Source: an uncultured Bacteroidaceae bacterium
GTDB lineage: Bacteria > Bacteroidota > Bacteroidia > Bacteroidales > Bacteroidaceae
Reading direction: 5' to 3'
DNA: 64,000 nucleotides
Assembly: GCA_905235575.1 (NCBI GenBank)
Contig: CAJOLZ010000010.1
Coordinates: 13,186 to 77,185, forward strand
Below the pieces are notes generated by a model. The model saw nothing but the letters and a program-made list of their open reading frames with translations, searched no databases and was not told the DNA's origin. Shown here one piece after another: positions 1-8,854 of this stretch. Within the stretch, counting starts at the first letter, position 1; each line of letters starts with the position of its first letter. A program made the translations under genes and the position numbers.

Positions 1-1033
1 AGTCGAAACGCACATTGCGGAATTCCAGACTGCCATCCGTCACCTGCATGAGCGGATGCTTGGGATTCACGATGTCAGGTTCCTCGTGAAGCACTTCGCA
101 CACTCGCTGGGCCGAGGCCGCGCTCTGTGTCAGCATGACAAATATCATGGAAAGCATCATCAGCGCCTGCAAAATCGACATGATATAGGTGAAAAGCGAA
201 GTGAGCTGACCCGTGGTGAGCGTACCACCCACCACAAAATGCGCGCCCCACCACGAGAGGGCGATGATGCAGCCGTACATCACCAGATTCATTACGGGAT
301 GGTTCAAAGCCATCAGGCGCTCCGCCCGCGTATACAGGCGATAAAGCCCTTCGGCAGCAGTCTCGAACTTGCTGTTCTCATGCTCCTCCCGCACAAAAGC
401 CTTCACCACCCGAATGCCCTGCACATTCTCCTGCACACGCAGGTTGAGCGCATCGTATTGGGCGAACACCTGACGAAACAGGCCGGCGGCACGCGAAATA
501 ATCAGGTAGAGACACAGCCCCAACACCAGCAAGGCCACCACGAAGATGAGCGAGAGATGCGGATTGATGACCAGACACATCATCACCGAGAGCAACAGGC
601 GGAAAGGGGCCCTCACCGTGACACGCATAATTTGCTGGAAGGCCGACTGCAGGCTCTGCACATCGGTGGTCATCCGGGTCACAAGTCCCGACGTAGTAAA
701 ACGGTCGATGTTGGCAAACGAAAAAGTCTGTATCCGGTCATATATCGCACTGCGCAGATTGGCGGCGAAGCCCGTGGAGGCGTAGGCTGAGACACGCCCC
801 GCCGTCACCCCCAGCAACAGGGAGAGAAAGGCCAGGAGCAGCATCAGCGCGCCATACTTCCAGACATCAGGCATGCTTCCCACCGACAGACCGCGGTCGA
901 TGAGCAGCGCCGTCTCGTAGGGAATCAGCACATCGGCCACCGTCTCCAGTGCCGTCAGCACAGGCGTGGCTACAGCTGCCCATCGGTAGGTACCAATCTG
1001 GCGGACAAGCGTTCCTAATACAGATTTATTCAT
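1..1033 (-). CDS. ABC transporter permease/ATP-binding protein (type I exporter), N-terminal transmembrane domain. The 3' part lies outside the window.
   Basis: I translated the minus strand from the ATG at 1031-1033. It reads MNKSVLGTLVRQIGTYRWAAVATPVLTALE...TTDVQSLQSAFQQIMRVTVRAP...QGIRVVKAFVREEHE...GSLEFRNVRFD and stays open to position 1. This is an ABC exporter TMD running into the start of the NBD. It is missing from the ORF track because it has no in-window stop. The listed + ORF 56..790 is its antisense shadow. Confidence 0.85.
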   Translation of the reverse strand, partial: MNKSVLGTLVRQIGTYRWAAVATPVLTALETVADVLIPYETALLIDRGLSVGSMPDVWKYGALMLLLAFLSLLLGVTAGRVSAYASTGFAANLRSAIYDRIQTFSFANIDRFTTSGLVTRMTTDVQSLQSAFQQIMRVTVRAPFRLLLSVMMCLVINPHLSLIFVVALLVLGLCLYLIISRAAGLFRQVFAQYDALNLRVQENVQGIRVVKAFVREEHENSKFETAAEGLYRLYTRAERLMALNHPVMNLVMYGCIIALSWWGAHFVVGGTLTTGQLTSLFTYIMSILQALMMLSMIFVMLTQSAASAQRVCEVLHEEPDIVNPKHPLMQVTDGSLEFRNVRFD

Positions 1034-1044
1034 CTTTCCGACTG

Positions 1045-1052
1045 CAAAGATA
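1045..1052 (-). promoter_or_regulatory. candidate -7 promoter box (TATCTTTG on the minus strand) for the ABC exporter gene
   Basis: Matches TAnnTTTG but lies only 12 nt upstream of the ATG at 1033, which would give a very short leader. Confidence 0.3.
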
Positions 1053-1094
1053 CAAAGAAGTCGGCGAAAAGGCACTATAGAGACATCAAATTAT

Positions 1095-1217
1095 GCGAAC
1101 ACCACGCAGCGTGTGGAACACCTTCGGATGACGCACCACGCTTTTCACTTTGACGCACCACGGTGCGAAGGCCTGCGCACCACGTTGCGACGCCCGTCGC
1201 AGCGTGGTGCGTTTTTG
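1095..1217 (+). repeat. 22-bp-periodic palindromic repeat element (locus A)
   Basis: ...GACGCACCACGCTTTTCACTTT|GACGCACCACGGTGCGAAGGCC|TGCGCACCACGTTGCGACGCCC|GTCGCAGCGTGGTGCGTTTTTG. A 16-bp stem (1176-1191 / 1196-1211) with a 4-nt loop is followed by T5. It lies in the divergent ABC/sppA spacer. Confidence 0.9.
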
Positions 1218-1303
1218 GACGTAACGGCGTCTGGTTTCGACTTCGCGACGGCGCGCATGCGCAGAAAAGGGTCGAGAAACTTGGTCGAAAGGAAAAGTCT
1301 TTG

Positions 1304-1311
1304 TATTTTTG
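1304..1311 (+). promoter_or_regulatory. candidate -7 promoter box (TATTTTTG) for sppA
   Basis: Matches TAnnTTTG and lies 54 nt upstream of the ATG at 1366. Confidence 0.4.
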
Positions 1312-1365
1312 TAACCAACTTGGACAAATTTTCAATTCAAAAATAACAAAACAACTAACAAAAAA

Positions 1366-3141
1366 ATGAAAAGTTTTCTGAAGTACACTCTGGCAACCAT
1401 CGTAGGCTTGTTCCTGTTCAGCATCGTTGCCACTATCATTACGATTGTCTCGGTTGCTGGCATGGTGGCTGACGAAGGTACATCCAAAATCGAGAAGAAT
1501 TCCATTCTGCGCATCTCGCTCAACGGCACTATGGTGGAACGCTCGGAGGGCGACGAGACCCCCGATGTGGTAGAGCTGATGATGGGCAACGAGACAAATG
1601 CCATCGCTCTTCAGGAGGCGCTGACGGCATTGGAGAATGCTGCAGAGAACAAGAATGTGATAGGTGTCTATCTGGAGGGTGGCGGACTTTCTGCTACGCC
1701 GGCAATGACAGAGGAACTGCGCAACGCCCTGGTGAAGTTCAAGGAGAGCGGCAAATGGGTGGTGGCTTACGGCGACCAGTTCTCGCGGAGTGCCTACTAT
1801 CTGGCTTCTGCGGCAGACTCGGTGTGGCTCAACCCCGAAGGAATGCTCGACTGGAGCGGTATGGCTACTCGGCTCTACTTCCTGAAGGGGGCGCTGGAGA
1901 AGATCGGCATCAAGATGCAAGTGTTCAAAGTGGGTACGTACAAGAGTGCTGTGGAGCCCTATATCTGCACGGAGATGAGCGACGCGAACCGCGAACAGGT
2001 GACGAGTTTCCTGAACAACATCTGGGCTACGATGCTGAAAGACGTGGCCGAGAGCCGCGGCATGGACACGGAGCGACTGAACACGATTGCCGACAGCCAG
2101 ACAATTCTGACCGACCCGACAGATGCGCAGAAGAACGGTCTGGTGGACGGTCTGCACTACATCGGCGAAGTGAAGCAGGCGCTGAAAGACATCGCAGGAC
2201 TGGGCGAGAAGGACAAGCTGAAGTTCGTCTCCATCAAAGATGTGGCTAATGCACAGACGCTGAAAGAAAAGATTAAAGAAGAGATTGCAGTATATTATGC
2301 TTACGGCGACATTGTTGACGAGGCGGGAAGCGGCTTGCAACAGACGCACCAGATTACGGGCAAGGGCATGACGAACGATTTGCAGAAGCTGCGCGAGGAC
2401 GAACGCGTGAAGGCTGTAGTCATCCGCGTGAACTCAGGCGGCGGCAGTGCCTACGCTTCGGAACAGATTTGGCGCGAAGTGGAGCAGCTGAAGGCTGTGA
2501 AGCCCGTAGTGATCTCGATGGGCGGCATGGCTGCCAGCGGCGGTTATTATATTTCGTGCGCTGCCAACCGTATTATTGCAGAGCCTACGACGTTGACGGG
2601 CAGCATCGGCATCTTCGGCATGATTGCTGACTACAGCGAACTGGCTACGAAGAAACTTGGTGTGACTTTCGACGGTGTGAAGACAAACAAACTGAGCGAC
2701 TTCGGTGCCATGGGTCGCCCGTTCAACGAGACGGAGGGGGAACTGATGCAGGCTTACGTGGAAAAGGGTTACGACTTGTTCACTCGCCGCGTGGCTGACG
2801 GCCGTGGCATGGAGCAGGACAGCGTGAAGGCGATTGCAGAAGGTCGTGTATGGACCGGCGAGCAGGCACTCGGACTGGGTCTGGTGGACGAACTGGGTGA
2901 CCTGAACGATGCCATCGCTGCTGCAGCCGAAGCTGCTGAGGTGGAGAAATACACAGTGGGACGCTATCCCGCAGCCTCGCCTTGGTATGTGAACATCATC
3001 GACAAGCAGAAGAACAATTATCTGGAAAGCCAGATGCGCTCGACCTTGGGCGAGTTCTACCCGATGTTCATGATGGTGAAGTCTGCCGAGAACCTCAATG
3101 GTCTGCAGGCTCGCATGCCTTTCTACATGGAAATCAAATAA
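1366..3141 (+). CDS. sppA: signal peptide peptidase SppA, 67K type
   Basis: 591-aa ORF with an N-terminal TM anchor (LATIVGLFLFSIVATIITIV) and two S49/ClpP-like halves (VAYGDQFSRSAYYLASAADSVWLNP; VISMGGMAASGGYYISCAANRIIAEP). Confidence 0.9.
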   Translation: MKSFLKYTLATIVGLFLFSIVATIITIVSVAGMVADEGTSKIEKNSILRISLNGTMVERSEGDETPDVVELMMGNETNAIALQEALTALENAAENKNVIGVYLEGGGLSATPAMTEELRNALVKFKESGKWVVAYGDQFSRSAYYLASAADSVWLNPEGMLDWSGMATRLYFLKGALEKIGIKMQVFKVGTYKSAVEPYICTEMSDANREQVTSFLNNIWATMLKDVAESRGMDTERLNTIADSQTILTDPTDAQKNGLVDGLHYIGEVKQALKDIAGLGEKDKLKFVSIKDVANAQTLKEKIKEEIAVYYAYGDIVDEAGSGLQQTHQITGKGMTNDLQKLREDERVKAVVIRVNSGGGSAYASEQIWREVEQLKAVKPVVISMGGMAASGGYYISCAANRIIAEPTTLTGSIGIFGMIADYSELATKKLGVTFDGVKTNKLSDFGAMGRPFNETEGELMQAYVEKGYDLFTRRVADGRGMEQDSVKAIAEGRVWTGEQALGLGLVDELGDLNDAIAAAAEAAEVEKYTVGRYPAASPWYVNIIDKQKNNYLESQMRSTLGEFYPMFMMVKSAENLNGLQARMPFYMEIK

Positions 3142-3164
3142 TAACACATTGATAAACAGCCCGC

Positions 3165-4247
3165 ATGGACCAAGGTTTTGTCCATATATCGAAGTTTCTC
3201 TTGCCTCTGAGCTGGCTCTACGGAGTGGGCGTGGAGGTGAGGAACTGGCTGTACGACCGCGGCTGGCTAAGGTCGCAGGAGTATGGACTGCCGGTCATCG
3301 GTGTGGGCAATATCACTGTGGGCGGAACGGGGAAGACGCCTCACACAGAATACTTGGTGCGGCTGCTTGCCTCGCAATACAGGGTGGCGGTGCTCAGCCG
3401 AGGTTATAAACGGAAGAGCAAGGGATACCGGCTGGCGGCGAATGACACTCCGATGGAACTGATTGGCGATGAGCCTTGGCAGATGAAGCAGAAGTTCGGC
3501 GAGGAGGTCATTGTTGCTGTCGATGCCGACCGACGCCACGGCATCGAACGCCTGCAGCATGACGAAGCGACAAGCAACGTAGAAGTGATTGTGCTGGACG
3601 ACGCTTTTCAGCATCGTGCCGTGAAGGCGGGACTCAACCTGCTGCTTGTGGACTATAACCGCCTCATCACGGACGATTGTCTGCTGCCTGCAGGTCGTCT
3701 GCGCGAACCAGCCAGCGCCAAGCACAGGGCGGACATCGTCGTCGTGAGCAAGTGCCCCCGCAACATCTCGCCCATTGACTACAGCGTGGTGCAGCAGAAG
3801 CTTGCCTTACGACCTTTCCAGTCTCTCTTCTTCAGCACACTGCGCTATGGTTTGCTGCAGCAACTCTTTAGCAGTCAGACCCATCCACTGGAATGGCTGA
3901 AGACCAATCCTGTTTCGGTGCTGCTGCTTACGAGCATCGGCAATCCGCGCCAGATGGAAGCCGACTTGCGGCAATTCACTGAACGCATTCAACCTCTCAG
4001 TTTCCCCGACCATCACTACTTCTCAGAGCGCGACATCGAACTCGTCCGCACGTCTTTTGACCGCCTGCCAAAGCCGCGCATCGTGATAACCACCGAGAAG
4101 GATGCCGCCCGCTTGCTCATGCTGCGGAGCCTCCCCGAGGAACTGAAAGAGAAAATCTATGTCCTGCCCGTTGAGGTTGAGATAATGAGAAACGAATCTA
4201 CCATGTTTAACCAAAAGATACTGAGTTATGTACGAAAAAATTCTTGA
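3165..4247 (+). CDS. lpxK: tetraacyldisaccharide 4'-kinase
   Basis: 360-aa ORF with the characteristic LpxK P-loop region VIGVGNITVGGTGKTPHTEYL, followed by VLSRGYKRKSKG. Confidence 0.9.
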   Translation: MDQGFVHISKFLLPLSWLYGVGVEVRNWLYDRGWLRSQEYGLPVIGVGNITVGGTGKTPHTEYLVRLLASQYRVAVLSRGYKRKSKGYRLAANDTPMELIGDEPWQMKQKFGEEVIVAVDADRRHGIERLQHDEATSNVEVIVLDDAFQHRAVKAGLNLLLVDYNRLITDDCLLPAGRLREPASAKHRADIVVVSKCPRNISPIDYSVVQQKLALRPFQSLFFSTLRYGLLQQLFSSQTHPLEWLKTNPVSVLLLTSIGNPRQMEADLRQFTERIQPLSFPDHHYFSERDIELVRTSFDRLPKPRIVITTEKDAARLLMLRSLPEELKEKIYVLPVEVEIMRNESTMFNQKILSYVRKNS

Positions 4248-5037
4248 GACAGCGGCGTGGCTGAAGGAACGCATGCCCAATAAGCCCGAGACAGCCATCG
4301 TCCTGGGAACAGGACTTGGACAACTGGCTGACAAAATAGAGAAGATACTGGCCATTCCCTATCGCGAGATTCCCAACTTTCCCGTGTCCACGGTGGAGGG
4401 TCACCACGGACAACTGGTCTTTGGACGTCTGGGCGGACGCGACATCATGGCCATGGAGGGACGCTTCCACTACTACGAGGGCTACACGATGAAGGAGGTA
4501 ACCTTCCCCATCCGCGTGATGTACGAACTGGGCATCAAGACGCTCTTTGTGAGCAACGCTGCGGGAGGTACAAACCCCAGCTTCCGCATCGGCGACATCA
4601 TGATTATCACCGACCATATCAACTTCATGCCCGAAAATCCGCTCCACGGACCGAACATCCCCACTGGTCCGCGCTTCCCCGACATGGGTGAGCCCTACAA
4701 CAACGAGCTCATCGAGATGGCCGACGCCATAGCTGCCGAGAAGGGCATCAAGGTGAGGCACGGCGTATATCTGGCCACACAGGGTCCCACCTTCGAGACA
4801 CCGAGCGAGTACAGAATGTTCGCGCGATGGGGTGCCGACGCCGTGGGCATGAGCACCGTGCCCGAAGTCATCGTTGCCCGCCACTGCGGAATACGCTGTT
4901 TCGGCGTGAGCGTCATCACCGACCTGGGAACCTACGGAAAGCTCATGAAGGTGACTCACGAAGACGTACAGAAGGCTGCCAACGAGGCTCAGCCGCGCAT
5001 GACAGCCATCATGGAAGAAATGATCAGAAGACTCTGA
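4228..5037 (+). CDS. punA: purine nucleoside phosphorylase (trimeric PNP family)
   Basis: 269-aa ORF with PNP family motifs IVLGTGLG, GRFHYYEGY, VSNAAGG, QGPTFETPSE and VGMSTVPEV. It overlaps the lpxK 3' end by 20 nt. Confidence 0.85.
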   Translation: MYEKILETAAWLKERMPNKPETAIVLGTGLGQLADKIEKILAIPYREIPNFPVSTVEGHHGQLVFGRLGGRDIMAMEGRFHYYEGYTMKEVTFPIRVMYELGIKTLFVSNAAGGTNPSFRIGDIMIITDHINFMPENPLHGPNIPTGPRFPDMGEPYNNELIEMADAIAAEKGIKVRHGVYLATQGPTFETPSEYRMFARWGADAVGMSTVPEVIVARHCGIRCFGVSVITDLGTYGKLMKVTHEDVQKAANEAQPRMTAIMEEMIRRL

Positions 5038-5040
5038 AAG

Positions 5041-6117
5041 ATGGAAATATCAGAACTGGGCGAGTTCGGGCTCATACGCCGCCTCACCGAACAAATGCAG
5101 CCTCAAAACGAGACGACGCGACGCGGCGTGGGTGACGATTGCGCCGTAATTGCTCCCACCGAGGGAATGCAGACGCTCGTGACTACCGACATGCTCATGG
5201 AGGGCGTTCACTTCGACCTCACCTACGTGCCGCTGCATTATCTGGGTTACAAGTCCGTCATGGTGAACCTGAGCGACATCTATGCCATGAACGCGAAGCC
5301 CCGACAGATTACCGTCAGTCTGGCCATCAGCAAACGCTTCAATGTCGAAATGATGGAGGAACTCTACGAAGGGATGCGGCAGGCATGCGAGGAGCACCAC
5401 GTCGACATCGTGGGCGGCGACACCACCAGCAGCCTCACCGGACTGGCCATCAGCATCACTGCCATCGGCGAAGCACGCCCCGAGGACATCGTCTTCCGCA
5501 ACGGTGCGCACGAAACCGACCTCATCTGCGTGTCGGGCGACCTGGGTGCCGCCTACATGGGACTGCAACTGCTCGAGCGCGAAAAGGCCGTCTATAACCA
5601 GCAGTGGGCCAATGCACAGCGTTCAGGAAACCCACAGGAGATGGAGCGCCTCAAGGACGTGCAGCCCGACTTTGCCGGACACGAATACATCCTGGAACGG
5701 CAAATGAAGCCCCAGGCACGCCGAGACATCGTGGAGGCACTCGCCGAGGCTGGCATCCGTCCCACAAGCATGATTGACATCAGCGACGGGCTGAGCAGCG
5801 AACTCATCCACCTGTGCACACAGAGCCACACCGGTTGCCGCATCTACGAAGAGCGCATTCCGCTCGACTACCAGACGGCTTCGATGGCCGAGGAACTGAA
5901 CATGAACGTCACGACCTGCGCGCTGAACGGCGGCGAAGACTACGAACTGCTCTTCACCGTACCGCTGACCGACAACGAGCGCGTGGAGCAGGTGAAGGAC
6001 GTCCACATCATCGGATACATCACCAAAGAGTCGCTCGGACGCACGCTCATCTGCCGCGACGGAGTGGAGATGGAGCTGAAAGCGCAAGGGTGGAACCCAC
6101 TGAAAGAGAAGGAATAA
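5041..6117 (+). CDS. thiL: thiamine-monophosphate kinase
   Basis: 358-aa ORF starting ISELGEFGLIRRL...GDDCAVI, with AIR-synthase-like N and C domains (GGDTTSS). Starts 4 nt after the PNP stop. Confidence 0.85.
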   Translation: MEISELGEFGLIRRLTEQMQPQNETTRRGVGDDCAVIAPTEGMQTLVTTDMLMEGVHFDLTYVPLHYLGYKSVMVNLSDIYAMNAKPRQITVSLAISKRFNVEMMEELYEGMRQACEEHHVDIVGGDTTSSLTGLAISITAIGEARPEDIVFRNGAHETDLICVSGDLGAAYMGLQLLEREKAVYNQQWANAQRSGNPQEMERLKDVQPDFAGHEYILERQMKPQARRDIVEALAEAGIRPTSMIDISDGLSSELIHLCTQSHTGCRIYEERIPLDYQTASMAEELNMNVTTCALNGGEDYELLFTVPLTDNERVEQVKDVHIIGYITKESLGRTLICRDGVEMELKAQGWNPLKEKE

Positions 6118-6158
6118 ACCCACAAAAGTCAACCAAATATAAGCCACACAGACAAGCA

Positions 6159-6199
6159 GCCGCACTGCGCCCAAACGGCGTCGGTGCGGCTTTCTTTTT
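6159..6199 (+). terminator. intrinsic terminator downstream of thiL
   Basis: GCCGCAC (6159-6165) pairs with GTGCGGC (6184-6190), with an inner GCGCC/GGCG(T) helix and a CAAAC loop. TTTCTTTTT follows. Confidence 0.7.
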
Positions 6200-6289
6200 G
6201 TCATCCTCTAATGAGTTTTCTATTACACTTTTTGTTTTCTAAAACGAAGAGACACTCGACGAGGGGCTGAAGAGCGTGGAGTTCGGACT

Positions 6290-6305
6290 GTCGCACCACG
6301 GTGCG
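6290..6305. repeat. solo unit of the 22-bp palindromic repeat family (locus N)
   Basis: GTCGCACCACGGTGCG matches the family core. It lies in the thiL/ComEA-like convergent spacer. Confidence 0.6.
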
Positions 6306-6394
6306 TTGACCCTCGAAACACGGTCTTCATGCAAAATCCTGCCGATATTTCAGAGCGAAGTTCAACTTGCGCAGAAAAAATCAATTTTCGAGAG

Positions 6395-6409
6395 TATTGA
6401 TAATCAAAC
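6395..6409 (+). repeat. TATTGAWAATCAAAC intergenic motif, copy 1
   Basis: The sequence is TATTGATAATCAAAC followed by TATTAG. Near-identical strings occur at 61736-61750 and 63724-63737. Confidence 0.5.
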
Positions 6410-6441
6410 TATTAGTTTTTCATCAGAGCGAAAAAGACACG

Positions 6442-6478
6442 AAAAAGGGGCGAAAAACGTCATTTTTCGCCCCTTTTT
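6442..6478. terminator. bidirectional intrinsic terminator (serves the minus-strand ComEA-like gene)
   Basis: AAAAAGGGGCGAAAAA-cgtca-TTTTTCGCCCCTTTTT forms a perfect 11-bp GC-anchored stem, extended by the A5/T5 arms. It sits 68 nt downstream of the 6546 stop on the minus strand. Confidence 0.75.
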
Positions 6479-6545
6479 GGGTAGGCCTCAGAAAAGCCAA
6501 ATCAGCAAAAATCAGCCGAAATGTTTACAGATGTGGCATTCGCAG

Positions 6546-7499
6546 CTATTCAAAAACTACATAAGGATTGAGCCGTTCGCGCGCCTCGGGTGGAAAGGTC
6601 GAGAGCAGCGAAAGTTCGTCGAGCGACTTCAAGGGGCCGTGCTTGCGCCGATACTCCACCAAATCGCGCGCCTGATAGAACGAGAGATAGGGGTGCTTCA
6701 TCAGCTGTTGCACGGAGAGCGTGTTGACGTTGAGACGGCGTGGCGACGGTGCGGAAACGCACACCCACTGGAGCAGTTCGTCGGGCATCTCGCACGCCTC
6801 CATCACCTGCTCAGCCGAGACGAATCCGCCCAGTTGTTGCCTGTATTCCACTATCTTACGCGCACGATAAGAGCCAATGCCAGGGATGCGTTTCAGCTCG
6901 GTGGTATCGGCCATGTTGATGTCCACCAATGTGCCCGGCTCGTATTTCGGGACTTGCCGGAGGGTGTCGCGCGGCGGTGTGGGAAGGGATGCTGTGCGAG
7001 TGGTATCGACAGGCGCAGGCTTCTCGGGCATCGACGTCGAAGACTTCGGGGTGGGTTCCAGATAACGGAAGCGTTCGGCAATCCTCACCTGCGGTCCGAG
7101 TCGTTCCCAAAGTTCGCCCGTCATGCCAGGCAGACGGCGGAAATCCTCAGCCGAATGGTAGCGCCCGTGCTTGGCACGATACCGATAGATGGACCTCACC
7201 TGCCATGGCGAGAGTCCGAGTCGAAGCAACGTGGTGCTGTCGGCCGTATTCGGGTCGAAGGGAAACGTCTCCACGGGTTCCTCGGTCACGGCATAAGTGA
7301 CTGGAGCCGAGCGCGAATAAGTATTTCGGTGCGAGAGCGAAGTGGAGTCGGCTGCGGCAGAAGCACCCTTTCGTCCCGAAGGCTGAGGCTGCATCCATCC
7401 ATAAACAGCCACGCCCAAAACGACCAGTATAAGCACCCACTCAAGGATGAGCAATGCACGACGGTCGGCCTTCGAGAGAAACGGCAGGCGACGATTCAT
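6546..7499 (-). CDS. helix-hairpin-helix (ComEA-like) DNA-binding protein
   Basis: 317-aa ORF with an N-terminal TM segment (ALLILEWVLILVVLGVAVYG) and repeated HhH modules (NTADSTTLLRLGLSPWQVRSIYRYR; NMADTTELKRIPGIGSYRARKIVEYR; NTLSVQQLMKHPYLSFYQARDLVEYR). Confidence 0.8.
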   Translation of the reverse strand: MNRRLPFLSKADRRALLILEWVLILVVLGVAVYGWMQPQPSGRKGASAAADSTSLSHRNTYSRSAPVTYAVTEEPVETFPFDPNTADSTTLLRLGLSPWQVRSIYRYRAKHGRYHSAEDFRRLPGMTGELWERLGPQVRIAERFRYLEPTPKSSTSMPEKPAPVDTTRTASLPTPPRDTLRQVPKYEPGTLVDINMADTTELKRIPGIGSYRARKIVEYRQQLGGFVSAEQVMEACEMPDELLQWVCVSAPSPRRLNVNTLSVQQLMKHPYLSFYQARDLVEYRRKHGPLKSLDELSLLSTFPPEARERLNPYVVFE

Positions 7500-8848
7500 C
7501 CCAGCAGTTCGTTCACAAAGACTAAGGCTATGACGGCGGGCACCACGTAGCGAATCAGGAAAATATAGGTGCTGAAAAGGCGGAAACGCAGCGTGCCGTG
7601 ATTAGTTATCTCATCGCGGACCATGTTGCGGTCGAGTTTCCATCCCACAAAAAGACAGATGACGATGCCACTGAGCGGCATGATAACCTTGGACGCCGTG
7701 AAGTCGAAAAGGTCGAAGATGCTCATTCCGAAGACCTTGAAATCGCTCCACGGGCCGAATGAAAGCGAGCACGCTACACCGAGCAACATACAGGAAACCG
7801 AGACGATGGCAGCAGCAGTGCGACGCGACATGCCCGTAGCCTCGAGCACATAGGCCGTGACAGATTCGTGAAGCGAGATGGCACTCGTGAGCGCAGCCAG
7901 CAGTAGCAGCATATAGAAGAGAACGGAGAAGATGTAACCCATCACGGGATAGCTGGAGAACGTCATGTGAAAAACGTTGGGCAGCGTGATGAACACCAGC
8001 CCCGGACCGGCATCGACTTCGACACCAGGCACGCTGAAAACAGCCGGGAAGATGATGAAACCACTCAGAATGGCCACCATCGTATCGATGATGCTCACGT
8101 TGAAAGCCGTACGCGCCAGCCGCGTCTCGTCCTTGAAATACGAAGCGTAAGTGCAGAGACAACCCATGGCAATGCTCAGCGAGAAGAAGGCCTGCCCCAT
8201 GGCACTGAGTACGACACGTGTCGTAACCTTCGTAAAATCGGGTTTGAGCAGGAAACGAAGTCCATCGTGCGCACCGGGCAAGCTAAACGAGCAGCCCACC
8301 AGCACCGCGATGATTATCAACAGAAGAGGCATCAGCACCTTGCTGAAACGCTCAATTCCACTCTGCACACCACAAGACACCACCCAATGGGTCATCGCCA
8401 TAAAGCCGCAGGCATAGGCTACCGGAAGCCAGGGATGCGAGACAAAGCTGTTGAACTCGCTCTGAAAATCTTGCTCCACAGGAAGGAAACCAGAGAGCGA
8501 GTCCACAAGGTAGAAGAGCGTCCAACCAGAAATGACCACATAGTAGGAGAGGATCAAGAAGGCTACGAAAACGCCTGCCACGCCCTCGAAACGCCACCAT
8601 GAGCGCAGAGCCAGCTTGGCATAGGCCGTAATGGTATTGGCATGAGTGTGCCGACCAACCACAAACTCGCTGATCATCACAGGCATGCCGATGAGAATGA
8701 CATTGAAGAGATAAATCAAGATAAAGGCAGCGCCACCATTGTAACCTACCTCGGTAGGGAAACGCCACACATTACCCAGTCCGACGGCCGAGCCAGCTGC
8801 AGCCAGCACGACACCCATCTTGCTTCCGAAATTCTTTCTTTTTTCCAT
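7496..8848 (-). CDS. sodium-dependent transporter (SNF / neurotransmitter:sodium symporter family)
   Basis: 450-aa polytopic ORF with the NSS signature AAGSAVGLGNVWRFP near the N-terminus. Confidence 0.9.
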   Translation of the reverse strand: MEKRKNFGSKMGVVLAAAGSAVGLGNVWRFPTEVGYNGGAAFILIYLFNVILIGMPVMISEFVVGRHTHANTITAYAKLALRSWWRFEGVAGVFVAFLILSYYVVISGWTLFYLVDSLSGFLPVEQDFQSEFNSFVSHPWLPVAYACGFMAMTHWVVSCGVQSGIERFSKVLMPLLLIIIAVLVGCSFSLPGAHDGLRFLLKPDFTKVTTRVVLSAMGQAFFSLSIAMGCLCTYASYFKDETRLARTAFNVSIIDTMVAILSGFIIFPAVFSVPGVEVDAGPGLVFITLPNVFHMTFSSYPVMGYIFSVLFYMLLLLAALTSAISLHESVTAYVLEATGMSRRTAAAIVSVSCMLLGVACSLSFGPWSDFKVFGMSIFDLFDFTASKVIMPLSGIVICLFVGWKLDRNMVRDEITNHGTLRFRLFSTYIFLIRYVVPAVIALVFVNELLG

Positions 8849-8854
8849 TGTTCT

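Noticed and set aside
56-790. Plus-strand ORF of 244 aa at the start of the window.
   Set aside because: It is the antisense shadow of the ABC exporter TMD, which reads cleanly on the minus strand from 1033 to the window edge.
6276-7550. Plus-strand ORF of 424 aa overlapping the ComEA-like gene and the upstream spacer.
   Set aside because: It begins in non-coding AT-rich sequence containing a repeat unit and terminator hairpins. The remainder is antisense to a gene with three clear HhH modules.
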